Below, piece by piece: positions 9,688 through 20,216 of a DNA stretch of 64,000 bases. This DNA is from a virus. Position 1 is the stretch's first letter. The number at the start of each line of letters is the position of its first letter. The stretch is from positions 27,330 to 91,329 of the IMG/VR virus record IMGVR_UViG_3300027805_000008; one strand, 5' to 3'. The notes below the pieces were generated by a model. The model did no database searches. It saw only the letters and a list, made by a program, of their open reading frames with translations, and had not been told where the DNA came from. The position numbers and the translations under genes were made by a program.

Positions 9688-12600
9688 ATGGCTGACGAAA
9701 CAATCAGTACCAAGATAGTCGCTAATGCCGACTTCTCATCCCTTATTGCCGATGTGCATAAGGTTACCGCCAGCCTATCAAAATTACAAGAACAATTAGC
9801 TAACTCTAATAAGATGATGGCAAATCAAATTGCTGTCATGAACAGATCATTTGCAGACACACTAAGAAGTACAGGACAATTCTCCACACACTTTGTAAGC
9901 CTACAATCAGATGTAGAAAAATTTGGTAAAAATCTAGATGGCGGAAAACTAAAGTTAAATCAATATTTTAATACTTTTAGGGATCATGCTAGAACATCTG
10001 GCGGACTTATAAGAGAATTAGCAAAGCAACAAGTAGCCCTTCAGAACTCAGTATTACAACCGCTAGGCAGAAACGCACAAGGACTTATGCAGTTCAATGT
10101 GCATGTTCCAAGAGGGCTAGATGAAGTAAAAAATAAAACAGCAATAGTAAGACAAGAATTGCAAATTATGAATAAGGTTATTCAGGATGGTGCTGGACAA
10201 CTTATTAATTGGGGTAAAAATACTCAGTGGGCAGGCCGTCAGTTAACAGTCGGTTTAACCGTACCACTTGTAGCCTTTGGAGCACAAGCTGCAAAAGCAT
10301 TTAGAGAAGCAGATCAAGAGTTAGTTCGTTTAACTAAGGTTTACGGAGATGTTGCAGGAACATCAGCAGCAGAATTAGGTAGAGTTAGACAAGAAGTTAC
10401 TTCTACTGCAAAAGAAATTTCTGCAGCGATGGGTGTTTCATTTAAAGAAACTATTGGTCTTGCAGCAGATATTGCGGCTACTGGTAAAACTGGAGATGAG
10501 TTACTAGGGTCAATTAAAGAGACCACAAGACTTGCAGTACTTGGAGAAGTAGACAGACAAGAAGCTATGAAGGCCACACTTGCAATTCAGTCAGCATTTA
10601 AGCAAAATACAGATCAACTTTCAGAGTCTATTAACTTCCTTAACGCAGTTGAAAACCAAACTTCAACTACTCTAAATGACCTTGTAGAAGCAATTCCAAA
10701 AGCTGGTCCAGTAATTCAAGGTTTGGGAGGAAGCGTACAAGACTTAGCGCTTTACCTTACAGCTATGCGTGAAGGCGGAATTAACGCATCAGAAGGAGCT
10801 AACGCATTAAAGTCAGCTCTCGCATCTTTAATTAACCCAACAGATGTTGCTGTAGGAAAGTTTCAATCATTAGGAATAGATCTTTTAGGAATAGTAAATA
10901 ACAATGCTGGTAATTTAACTGGAACATTAATGGAATTACAAGGGGCTCTAGATAACCTAGATCCACTTCAAAAACAACAAGCAATCGAGCAGCTATTTGG
11001 AAAATTTCAGTTTTCAAGACTAAATGCTTTATTTGAAAATTTAGGTAGACAGGGAAGTCAAACGCTTCAGGTTTTAGATTTAATGAAGGCTTCTACTGGG
11101 GAATTAGCAACTGTAGCAGATCGAGAATTAGCAGCAGTAACCGAGTCGGCTTCTGGTAAGTATCGCAGGGCAATAGAAAGCTTAAGAGCATCTTTAGCTA
11201 CAGTAGGAGAACAATTCCTTCAAATTAATACGGTTCTTATTCAGGTTATTGATAAGATTGTACAGTTTGCTAATAATTTGCCAGGCCCAGTAAAACAAAT
11301 ACTTGCATTAGCTGGAGGATTTACAGCAATCATAGGTCCAGTAATTATGTTAACTGGTGTACTTGCTAACTTCTTTGGGTATTTGTTAAAGGGCGCATTC
11401 CATATGAAGGCATTCTTTAAGGGTGGCGAAGGATGGAAATATTTAACTCCAGAAATGTTAGCAGCAGAAAAAGCTGGCAGGCTAGTTGAGCAATCATTTT
11501 ACGATGACGCAAAAGCTGCAGCTGTACTACAGCAAGCGCTTAGAAATTTATTAGATGAATTTGCTATTCTAGAACAAAAAGCTAAAATAGGGTCAATGTC
11601 AATAAATCCAGCAGTATCAACAATGGCTGGAAGCATGATAGTGGGCGGACAGAGAGTGGTTAATCCCTCACACCCACTTGCGGGAGAACAGGGAACAAGA
11701 GCAAGTTCTCACATGGTTCCAAGAGCTGGTATGACGGAAGCTCAAAGACTGCAACAAACAATGTTTGGAATGGTTCCAGGATCAATCCCAGTAAATCAGA
11801 AAATTGGTCAGAACCCACAAATTTATATGAACGAACCTCTTCCAAATGTTCCTGGACTTACAACGGTTAATGGGGTATCTACAGGCATTGTTTCTGGAGA
11901 AGCTGCAAGATGGCATGCAATGATGGCTACACTTGGAATGCAGTCAAAGGCGGAAATTGAAACTTTAAAGAAAACAATTGTGGCTACTGGAACTGTAAGC
12001 AAAGAATTTATGATGCAGTTTGATGATATTCTTCCTGTTGTTTCAAGACTTACAGATAATGCAGCAAGAGAATCTGCAATGATTGTCGCAGAACTTCGTG
12101 CAGGAAAAATGACTGTAGAAGCTGCTAGGGCAAAAATTGTAGCTCTTAATTTGCAAACAGAACAAATGATTGCTTCTTCTGTTCAATCACAAGCACTGGC
12201 TATGGGCAGAACAATTAATCCAACAATGGTTCCAACATTAAATCAACCAGTAGTTGATGCTACTGGAAAATCAAATATGAGAGAGTTGTTTAAAAAGGGT
12301 AAAACAAGAGATTTCATTAATCGTATTGCTGGAGTATTGGGTGTAAGAACATCAGGTGCTGGGTACAATGTTGAAACCACAATTCCTAAAAAATTTAATA
12401 GAGGAAATATAGTTCCAGGATCTGGAAATACAGATACAGTTCCAGCAATGCTTACACCTGGAGAGTTTGTTGTTAATAAGCAAGCAACTCAGCAAAATAG
12501 GCCATTACTAGAAGCAATCAACAATAGTACATTGGGTGGGCAAGCAACTCCTGGAAGATCAAATTACGGTCCAATTAATCCAGGACTAATGGCAAATGTC

Positions 12601-15600
12601 TCAAGGCTATACACAAGGACTGGAAATTTTGCACGTAGGTGGTTCTGGGATACAAGCACTGGATCAAGTCTTTCTGGGCAGAGAGACTCACTTGTCAGAT
12701 CAATAAGAAAAAGACCAATACTAAATAAGAGCGGTGTTCCTTATTCTGAAGCAGAATTAAGAAAAGCTCCTAAAGAAGAAATTCAAGCATTATGGGCTAA
12801 CTATGATAGAGGACATGTAGCTCCACACAGGTCTATAGGCGGAACAGATAACTACTTTGCCCCAGGAATATTAATGCCTATGTTTAGAGGATCCAATAGG
12901 TCAATGATCTCTGCAGGAGATCCAATAGCAATTGCAAAAAGTTTAGAAAATCAATCAATTCATCCAACAGTATTTTTAGATGAAGCAGCCGAAGCATTTG
13001 GTTATGTTGCTGGTTCAAAAACAGATGCAGCTTATGAAGCATTGATAAAAGGATTATATAAGAGAGGTGCTAAGAAATTTGATCCTAGATCAGGTGATTC
13101 ATTTGAAAAGTTTGCGTTTGAAACAATATCTCCGTTTTTACAAAATATTAAAAATAGCTCTGGGGCAAATCTATTAGATGATCTTTCAAGAATTGGAACA
13201 GTAAGAGGAACTCAGGCAAATAGATCTTCTGGTGGACGTTCTGGAACTGGTTCAATAGCACCGTTTGCCGTAGCAGATGACTATTTCACACTAAACATGA
13301 ATACTGGCGGAATGGTTCCATCACCAAATGGACAAAAGTATAATATGGGCGGAATGGTTCAGGGTTACAATAGAGGCGGAATGGTAGCTGGACTACTTGG
13401 AGCTTCAGCAGTCGGTCTTGGCGGACAGATGCTAGGAAATGCAGTAGGCGGAGGACTTGGGTCAGCTATTACAATGGGCTCCTATCTTGCAAGTAGTATG
13501 ATAGGATTTGGTGGAATGGGTGGTAGAGGAGATCAAAAGGGTCCAGGTTTTGTTGGAAGACAAATGCAAAAAATTGATCCACAAGGTAATTTAACTAAGC
13601 CAATTGGACCATTAAATAACTTATCTGATGCAACTAAAAAGCTCTCAGGAAATCTGGGTGGGGTAAGCAGAATGTTTGGCCCATTATTAAGAGGCTTCAC
13701 AACTTTACTAAGACTAACAAGCCCGCTTGGAATAGCAATTACTGGAGTAACTGCTGCAATTGGATTTTTTGTAAAGGCTCAAAAAGAAAAAGCAAAAGCT
13801 TTAGAAACAGGTAGACAAGCATTCGGTATGGATGCTGCTGCTGCAGAAAAAGCAGGATTCAAATATACAGATTATAACGCTAAAATAAAGGTAGCAATTG
13901 AAGATGCTAAGGCATTAAAAGAAAGAAATATGATGATTTACGAAAGCATGACAAAGGCTAACGTTCCAATCAACATGACAATTGAACAATACAAAAAGCT
14001 TAAAGAACAAGTAAAGTCAACAATGGGAAGTTACATAGACCTATTTGATCAAACAGATAGAAAAGATGTTGGCAATGTTGCTGTTCAGTTAAAGGCACAA
14101 TTTATGGCAGCTGGAGATTCTGCAGAGGTTGCTACTGCTAAAATATTTACAATGATTAAGCAGTCTGAAAATGCTAATATGGCTGCGTCAGCAATTAGCT
14201 CTAATGCCTTCCAAAGCATTCAAAATATGGAACAGGCTTCTGCTCAAACAGTAAAAACATTTGAAGCAGCAATGAAAACTGGAGATGCTGAATCGCAAGC
14301 CAGGGCTTTGCACAGCACATTTATGGCAATGGATGCTACTCTAGAAGAAACCATTAGAAAGCAAAAAGAGCTAGGGGATTCAGGAAAAGCTAATGCAGAG
14401 CAGGTCGGCAGTGCAATAGAACAGAAGCTTGCAAGTATTAATAAGTCTTTTGGCACTCAGGCAAACCTATCAAAAGATGTTATTAGTGAACTAGGTAAAA
14501 CAGATCCTCTATTAGCGGAGATGTTAAATAGCACAGATACTCTTTCTAGTGCATGGGCTAAATACAGATTAATTCTTCAGGGTGCTGCTACCGATCTTGA
14601 GAATATGACTGGAGAAGCAGCAATCGCTGCGCTTTCTTTAAATGAAATAGTGAAGGCTCAAGTTCAACTAAACCCAGCTGTTGCTGCTGCAAATAAATCA
14701 TATGCTGGTATGACTGCTAGAATTAAAGAACTTGAAAAGGCACAAAGAGGCCAGTCTGTTAAAGCTCAATATAATGCTAAAGAAGAATCAGCTAGACTGC
14801 AAAAACAAATTGCAGAAATTAAAAAGGCTGCTCAAGAAAAAATTGATGGAATTCGCAAAGCAACTGAAGCAGAAAATACTCAGCTAGAAATTCAAAAAGC
14901 TCAACTAAGAGCTCAGCAAATGTTGATCCAGGGCAATATGTCTGGATACGCTGAAGAGCAAATGACAATTGAGCAGTTAATGAATGAGGCTAATCGTAAA
15001 GATGCAGAAGAAGCAATTATCGCTAAGGCAGAAATTGATATTAAGCCTCTTCAGGATGCACTTGATGCTATAGCAGACAAGAATGACAAAGCTGCAAAGA
15101 AGGCGGCACTTGCAGGAGAGAGCTTATCAGATCTTAGAACCAAGGCAAGCGATTACAATACTAAGCTTCAGGAGTATACACAAAATCTAAACACTACAAT
15201 GTTTAAGTATTTGACAGACATTAACTTTAAAAATACTCCAGAGTATGAAGCAGCAATAAAAGCCTTAGACAATCTTGGCCAAAAGCTAGGAATTAAAACT
15301 CCAGCGAAGGATGTTGTTTCAGAAATTACTAACGCATTAAAAAATGGAATTAACGCAGAAAACGTAACTCTTTATGCCGAAAAGGTTCAAGAAGGACAAA
15401 GAAGAGACTACACTAATAATTTAAAAAATATGACAGAAACCATTAAAAGGGGAGGCGGAGACGTAACAAAAATTTATGATCCAAATACTCAAGAATTAAC
15501 TCCACAAGCTAGAAGCGCTCTTATTAAGGGAGATGAGTTAATGCCTGGTGATACATTTACAGATAGTCAGGGAAGACCGTATAAGGTAACTAGAAAATTT

Positions 15601-15978
15601 GGTCCTGGACATGGAGCAGAATCAACAGGAGACCGAACTGTAAAAACAACACCGTCAATGTCGGCAAAAAGATTTTTGGGTGGAAGAGTTGTGCCAGGAA
15701 TTCCTTATACAATTAATGATGGTAAGAAAACAGAGGGGGTAGTGTTTGATTATCCAGGAATGATTAAACCAAATATTGAAACAGCCTTTAATATTCCTAA
15801 TGGAACTAAATATAACGGAATGGGCGGATCTACTACTTCAAATAGCAGTAACGTATATAATATAGAGATTGCTCTAAACGGAACAAACGTCACAGCAGAT
15901 GATGTTATAAACAGAATGAAACGAGAGATGGCTTTGATTAATGCTAAAGAAGGAATAAGTAGAAGGGTTGGTGCATAA
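9688..15978 (+). CDS. tape measure protein with internal nuclease-like insertion
   Basis: 2096 aa after the chaperone; TP901-type core (LTVGLTVPL, GGINASEGANALKS, AIEQLFGK); GNTDTVPAMLTPGEFVV; DRGH at aa 1040-1043. Confidence 0.92.
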   Translation: MADETISTKIVANADFSSLIADVHKVTASLSKLQEQLANSNKMMANQIAVMNRSFADTLRSTGQFSTHFVSLQSDVEKFGKNLDGGKLKLNQYFNTFRDHARTSGGLIRELAKQQVALQNSVLQPLGRNAQGLMQFNVHVPRGLDEVKNKTAIVRQELQIMNKVIQDGAGQLINWGKNTQWAGRQLTVGLTVPLVAFGAQAAKAFREADQELVRLTKVYGDVAGTSAAELGRVRQEVTSTAKEISAAMGVSFKETIGLAADIAATGKTGDELLGSIKETTRLAVLGEVDRQEAMKATLAIQSAFKQNTDQLSESINFLNAVENQTSTTLNDLVEAIPKAGPVIQGLGGSVQDLALYLTAMREGGINASEGANALKSALASLINPTDVAVGKFQSLGIDLLGIVNNNAGNLTGTLMELQGALDNLDPLQKQQAIEQLFGKFQFSRLNALFENLGRQGSQTLQVLDLMKASTGELATVADRELAAVTESASGKYRRAIESLRASLATVGEQFLQINTVLIQVIDKIVQFANNLPGPVKQILALAGGFTAIIGPVIMLTGVLANFFGYLLKGAFHMKAFFKGGEGWKYLTPEMLAAEKAGRLVEQSFYDDAKAAAVLQQALRNLLDEFAILEQKAKIGSMSINPAVSTMAGSMIVGGQRVVNPSHPLAGEQGTRASSHMVPRAGMTEAQRLQQTMFGMVPGSIPVNQKIGQNPQIYMNEPLPNVPGLTTVNGVSTGIVSGEAARWHAMMATLGMQSKAEIETLKKTIVATGTVSKEFMMQFDDILPVVSRLTDNAARESAMIVAELRAGKMTVEAARAKIVALNLQTEQMIASSVQSQALAMGRTINPTMVPTLNQPVVDATGKSNMRELFKKGKTRDFINRIAGVLGVRTSGAGYNVETTIPKKFNRGNIVPGSGNTDTVPAMLTPGEFVVNKQATQQNRPLLEAINNSTLGGQATPGRSNYGPINPGLMANVSRLYTRTGNFARRWFWDTSTGSSLSGQRDSLVRSIRKRPILNKSGVPYSEAELRKAPKEEIQALWANYDRGHVAPHRSIGGTDNYFAPGILMPMFRGSNRSMISAGDPIAIAKSLENQSIHPTVFLDEAAEAFGYVAGSKTDAAYEALIKGLYKRGAKKFDPRSGDSFEKFAFETISPFLQNIKNSSGANLLDDLSRIGTVRGTQANRSSGGRSGTGSIAPFAVADDYFTLNMNTGGMVPSPNGQKYNMGGMVQGYNRGGMVAGLLGASAVGLGGQMLGNAVGGGLGSAITMGSYLASSMIGFGGMGGRGDQKGPGFVGRQMQKIDPQGNLTKPIGPLNNLSDATKKLSGNLGGVSRMFGPLLRGFTTLLRLTSPLGIAITGVTAAIGFFVKAQKEKAKALETGRQAFGMDAAAAEKAGFKYTDYNAKIKVAIEDAKALKERNMMIYESMTKANVPINMTIEQYKKLKEQVKSTMGSYIDLFDQTDRKDVGNVAVQLKAQFMAAGDSAEVATAKIFTMIKQSENANMAASAISSNAFQSIQNMEQASAQTVKTFEAAMKTGDAESQARALHSTFMAMDATLEETIRKQKELGDSGKANAEQVGSAIEQKLASINKSFGTQANLSKDVISELGKTDPLLAEMLNSTDTLSSAWAKYRLILQGAATDLENMTGEAAIAALSLNEIVKAQVQLNPAVAAANKSYAGMTARIKELEKAQRGQSVKAQYNAKEESARLQKQIAEIKKAAQEKIDGIRKATEAENTQLEIQKAQLRAQQMLIQGNMSGYAEEQMTIEQLMNEANRKDAEEAIIAKAEIDIKPLQDALDAIADKNDKAAKKAALAGESLSDLRTKASDYNTKLQEYTQNLNTTMFKYLTDINFKNTPEYEAAIKALDNLGQKLGIKTPAKDVVSEITNALKNGINAENVTLYAEKVQEGQRRDYTNNLKNMTETIKRGGGDVTKIYDPNTQELTPQARSALIKGDELMPGDTFTDSQGRPYKVTRKFGPGHGAESTGDRTVKTTPSMSAKRFLGGRVVPGIPYTINDGKKTEGVVFDYPGMIKPNIETAFNIPNGTKYNGMGGSTTSNSSNVYNIEIALNGTNVTADDVINRMKREMALINAKEGISRRVGA

Positions 15979-15980
15979 TA

Positions 15981-16484
15981 ATGTCTATGTATTTACCCAG
16001 AGGTTCGGTTTTAAATGTAGAAGCAAAAGATCTTCTTGCCACACCGCAAGGTGCTGTAAAGGTTTGGAATAAAATTACCGAGCATAATAGATCAGATATT
16101 AGTATTTCTATAGAAAGAATTGAAAGATCAGTTAGAACATCTAATGGAACACTAAGAAAAAATCACATTGCTGATAAAAGAAGATTCTCAATGTCATGGA
16201 CAATGCTTCCTTCTTATAGAAATTTAACAGTGGATGGTGGATGGGGAGCAGAAGATTTAAGATCTTTTTACTTAAGCGACGACGGTAAAAAAGAATTTAA
16301 TATTAGAATTAACTTGGCAAAGAGCGGAACAGATACATCCTCATCTGGTGCTTTATATACGCCAACTATGGCAAATACATCATCAGAATTATATACCGTA
16401 GTATTTGGAGGCTGTAATTTTTCAGTTGTAAAACGTGGTCTACAGCCACACTGGAATGTTTCTATTGAACTGGAAGAAGTATAA
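15981..16484 (+). CDS. distal tail (Dit-like) protein
   Basis: Directly after tape measure; RTSNGTLR..IADKRRFSMSW, ends IELEEV. Confidence 0.6.
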   Translation: MSMYLPRGSVLNVEAKDLLATPQGAVKVWNKITEHNRSDISISIERIERSVRTSNGTLRKNHIADKRRFSMSWTMLPSYRNLTVDGGWGAEDLRSFYLSDDGKKEFNIRINLAKSGTDTSSSGALYTPTMANTSSELYTVVFGGCNFSVVKRGLQPHWNVSIELEEV

Positions 16485-19400
16485 TGATTTCATCTCCAAC
16501 GGTTAAAACTTTACTAGAAGAAAATACCACAATCCAAACTAATGTGGGCTGTACTATCGAATACAATATGAATTCAATGGTGGATAATATTTCTGTCACT
16601 GGAACAGATTATGTTAGATCAGATGGGGCTAAGCCTTATCAAAAACTTTTTCCAGCATCTTCTGTGGTTAAGCCATTTAGACCTTTAGGGGCTGGAGTCA
16701 AGTATGGAATATTTGGAGACGTATCTTTAAATACTTGGAAAGATCCTAAAAAGATAGAATACCCATTAAATTTTAGAACTTATTATCCTGGAACAGAAAC
16801 CTATTATAAGTATTGGGTATCTCAAAAAGGTGTTGGAGCAAATATAGCAATATCATACCCGCAAGCGGTTTTAACAAATAAAATTGTTGTTAGATTTGAA
16901 ATATCTCACTCTATTCCTGCAACATGGACTGTGTATAAACAAGGAGATATAGTTCTTGCAACAGGCACAAGTGCTGCTATAAAACCCTTTACAACTAATG
17001 GAATAAAAAACTATGACGCTGGAACACTAACTCTTTATTATAATGGCACGGCATGGGTAACTACAGAGCCTACAGCAATTGCAACACCAGTATCTATAAC
17101 AGGATTAAAGCTAGTAACATCAGGTGTTAATACGCCTATTAGGACGGCCCCTGAAATTAGCGGTTCTCATGTTGCAGTAATTGAGATTTCCCCTAGATGG
17201 GTAGCTGATTTAACAGATCATATAGTTGGATTTTCTATAAATCAAGAATCTTCTACCAGCGCAGACGACATTTTGCCAGTGGGAAAAGTTTCTGCTAACT
17301 CTTTATCTATGGATTTAGTTTCATATGAATCTTCTAGAAAAATTATTACATATGAAAAGGGCACGGCATTTGACTCTTCTAAATTATATATGTATAAGTC
17401 AGCAGAACTAAAGCCATATATAAAAGTTTATTATTCGGGAGCCCCATATACAGATTCAAATGGACAGCACGAGAGAGTCAAGCAGGGAGCTTTTTATATT
17501 GATAACTGGAGCACATCAGAGTTTGGAGATATTTCTTTAGACGCACTAGACGGGGCAAAGTACTTGCAAGACATATCTTGCCCTGGAATGGTTTCAAAAG
17601 ATTCTACTACAGTAGGAATTATTAGAAGGCTTTTAGACAATGTTGGATTTACAAATTATAATATAAACTATAAAACTAATATTCTTACTGGAGCAATTAC
17701 AGATACCTCTATTATAAGTCCCTTTTACTGGTGGACAGATGATGGAGAAAGTGTATGGAATGCAATCCAAGAGCTATGTAGAGACTCTCAAATGGTTGCA
17801 ACATTCGATGAAAATAATATTTTACAGTTTTACACAAGAGACTACCTATTCTCTCAATCAACAGCTCATTGGAATTTTAAGTATTCAAAAGATGGAAATA
17901 TTCTTCCTAATATAATTTCTTTTCAAAAAAGAGACCTTCCAGCAGTTAACCAAGTAAAAGTTTTATGGAGTCCAGTAACATCTAGCCAGCTCATTGGAGA
18001 TGGACAGCCATTGTGGAAATCTGGATCAGCGTATTTAGGCGCATACTCTTTGGTAACAGATATCCCGTCTAGTACCAACGGCGGTGGTGCTGGAACAACA
18101 ATTAGCTTAGTGCCAATAACAGTTAATCAAGACGTTAAACAAATTATATATAACTATGCTGGTTATTTGGTAATAGATTCTGAAATAATAGAGTATGATG
18201 CAATTGAGTATCAATATGTAAATCAACAATTAACTAGAACAAATATTTGGATCACCCAGTTCTCAGATTTGCAAAAAATTGCTAATGATATAACTACCTC
18301 GTTGCCAGCTAATCTAGCAATTGGGCAAACTGGAAGAATTCGAATAAAATCTAGAGGAGCATTTGGAACAAGCGCAGCTGCTCATGCAAGGACTGGTTCC
18401 GTAACTGGCTGGAATGGATTTGAGAATACCTTTAGGGCTAGCTCTGAAAATTTACAAGGTACAAGTACTCCATCAAGTGTTTCTCATGAACCTGCCGCAG
18501 TTCCAGATATACTGTCTGTTCCTCCAACAGCTGAAGAAGAAAAGGTTGGAACGAAGCTTGTTCAAAAATCTTTATTTCAAATAACATCTAGCGGAGATCC
18601 TAGCCAAAAAAATAAGTACTCTGTTTGTGTAAAAAATATGGGAATAGCTAATTCTGGAAACTACTATAATTTTGGCACTGGATTATTTTTTAAAGGAACT
18701 AAAGATAATACTAGGGCATCTGGCGGAATTGGATTTTTTACAAGTCCAAATGGATTAGATGGCTACTATATTAAACTAGAAACAACTAGCAATCTGGCAG
18801 ATAGCGGATCAGATAGGCCATTATCAATTTTTAAAGTTAAAAATGGAGTTATTACTCCTTTACAAGATAGTCAGGAAAAAGGTAGCAATAAATCATTAGC
18901 ATATTTAGCGCAAGGAATTTCTTATAAGGTAGATATGCGTATAAAAATTGAAAGTTCTGTTGTTGCGATAGACGTTTTTATTAATAACTTTAGAATAACA
19001 GCAGTTGATGCAACAGATACAATTTCTCCAACAAATAATATTGCATTATTTTCAAATGCTAACTCAACATTTTTTGATTATGTATATTCTATTCCTCTAA
19101 ACGAAGATCAATATAAAGATGGAATCATTGGAAGTCAGTATTCTGGAAGATTTGGATCAACAACTTTAGACTTTTTATATGGAGATAAACTATCCAGTGG
19201 ATTTGAAAACAGTGGAATCCCTGGAGGAGCCATTGACGAATTTGGAACGGTTGCTAGAGAGCTGCTAAAAGTAAATATTAAATATGACTCTAGGCCAGCT
19301 TTTCCAATAATTACCAGCCTAGGATTAAATCAATTCGTAGAGATGATTGGATATAGGCTCAATTCCTTCGGAGCAGAAGTATATGTTTTAAATAATGCTG

Positions 19401-19792
19401 GAACATTTATTCCCTTAGACGATTCTAGATTTGCCTCATTTAGTGTAATTGGTAATACACTAGTTCAGTCTGGTCAAAATGAATACTTAGATAAAACAAT
19501 AAATGAGTTTACAGTCCCAGAGCAGGTAACATTTGAGTCTGTCTGGATTCAAAAAGAATCTGATGCTAAAAGCCTCTCTGATTGGATTAAGGCACAGTGG
19601 TCAAAAAAACAATCTGTATGTGAGCTAGAAATTTTCTCAAACCCCTTGATTTCTGTAGGAGATATTGTTACAATTAACTACCCATCTAATAGTCTAGATG
19701 GAACACAAAAGTTTATAGTATCTAGCATTAATAATTCATTTGACGGGGGGCTAAGTACCAAAATAACAACTAGATCTATTTATAGTTCATAA
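16484..19792 (+). CDS. baseplate hub/minor tail protein
   Basis: 1102 aa; FYIDNW, WNAIQELC...FDENNILQF, NPLISVGDIVTI typical of hub proteins. Confidence 0.7.
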   Translation: MISSPTVKTLLEENTTIQTNVGCTIEYNMNSMVDNISVTGTDYVRSDGAKPYQKLFPASSVVKPFRPLGAGVKYGIFGDVSLNTWKDPKKIEYPLNFRTYYPGTETYYKYWVSQKGVGANIAISYPQAVLTNKIVVRFEISHSIPATWTVYKQGDIVLATGTSAAIKPFTTNGIKNYDAGTLTLYYNGTAWVTTEPTAIATPVSITGLKLVTSGVNTPIRTAPEISGSHVAVIEISPRWVADLTDHIVGFSINQESSTSADDILPVGKVSANSLSMDLVSYESSRKIITYEKGTAFDSSKLYMYKSAELKPYIKVYYSGAPYTDSNGQHERVKQGAFYIDNWSTSEFGDISLDALDGAKYLQDISCPGMVSKDSTTVGIIRRLLDNVGFTNYNINYKTNILTGAITDTSIISPFYWWTDDGESVWNAIQELCRDSQMVATFDENNILQFYTRDYLFSQSTAHWNFKYSKDGNILPNIISFQKRDLPAVNQVKVLWSPVTSSQLIGDGQPLWKSGSAYLGAYSLVTDIPSSTNGGGAGTTISLVPITVNQDVKQIIYNYAGYLVIDSEIIEYDAIEYQYVNQQLTRTNIWITQFSDLQKIANDITTSLPANLAIGQTGRIRIKSRGAFGTSAAAHARTGSVTGWNGFENTFRASSENLQGTSTPSSVSHEPAAVPDILSVPPTAEEEKVGTKLVQKSLFQITSSGDPSQKNKYSVCVKNMGIANSGNYYNFGTGLFFKGTKDNTRASGGIGFFTSPNGLDGYYIKLETTSNLADSGSDRPLSIFKVKNGVITPLQDSQEKGSNKSLAYLAQGISYKVDMRIKIESSVVAIDVFINNFRITAVDATDTISPTNNIALFSNANSTFFDYVYSIPLNEDQYKDGIIGSQYSGRFGSTTLDFLYGDKLSSGFENSGIPGGAIDEFGTVARELLKVNIKYDSRPAFPIITSLGLNQFVEMIGYRLNSFGAEVYVLNNAGTFIPLDDSRFASFSVIGNTLVQSGQNEYLDKTINEFTVPEQVTFESVWIQKESDAKSLSDWIKAQWSKKQSVCELEIFSNPLISVGDIVTINYPSNSLDGTQKFIVSSINNSFDGGLSTKITTRSIYSS

Positions 19793-19808
19793 ATGGTATA
19801 ATGAAAAA

Positions 19809-20216
19809 ATGGCATCATCAGATAAGAAAAAGCCTTCCGCAAGCAGTCAGCCAAATAGTGCTGCCCTGGTTACAGTAGCTGGGTCAGAGCTAGATTTTTA
19901 TACAAATTCAAATTATTTAGCCTATGAGCTACCTCAATATGCAGCAGCACAAAGGCTAGGCAAGCTAGGTAGCGATGATTTAGATGATGATTTAAGAGGA
20001 GATCCAGAAGAAGAAACGGGATCAGATGATGATGATACTGGTGATGAGGGAACTAAACAAAAAAATACTAGACCAAGCCTTTCTGATATTGAGATAGTCT
20101 CAAACGAAGTAGTTTTTGATTCAGCAAATAATCCTACTGCAAAAGTAGTCTTTAAGGTTAAGAATAGTAGTGGTAAAGAATTAATGGCAGTGAATGTCAG
20201 AGTGGAGAAAAAATGA
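19809..20216 (+). CDS. tail-region hypothetical protein
   Basis: Leaderless start 6 nt after TG-n-TATAAT (19794-19802); acidic linker plus beta domain. Confidence 0.6.
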   Translation: MASSDKKKPSASSQPNSAALVTVAGSELDFYTNSNYLAYELPQYAAAQRLGKLGSDDLDDDLRGDPEEETGSDDDDTGDEGTKQKNTRPSLSDIEIVSNEVVFDSANNPTAKVVFKVKNSSGKELMAVNVRVEKK

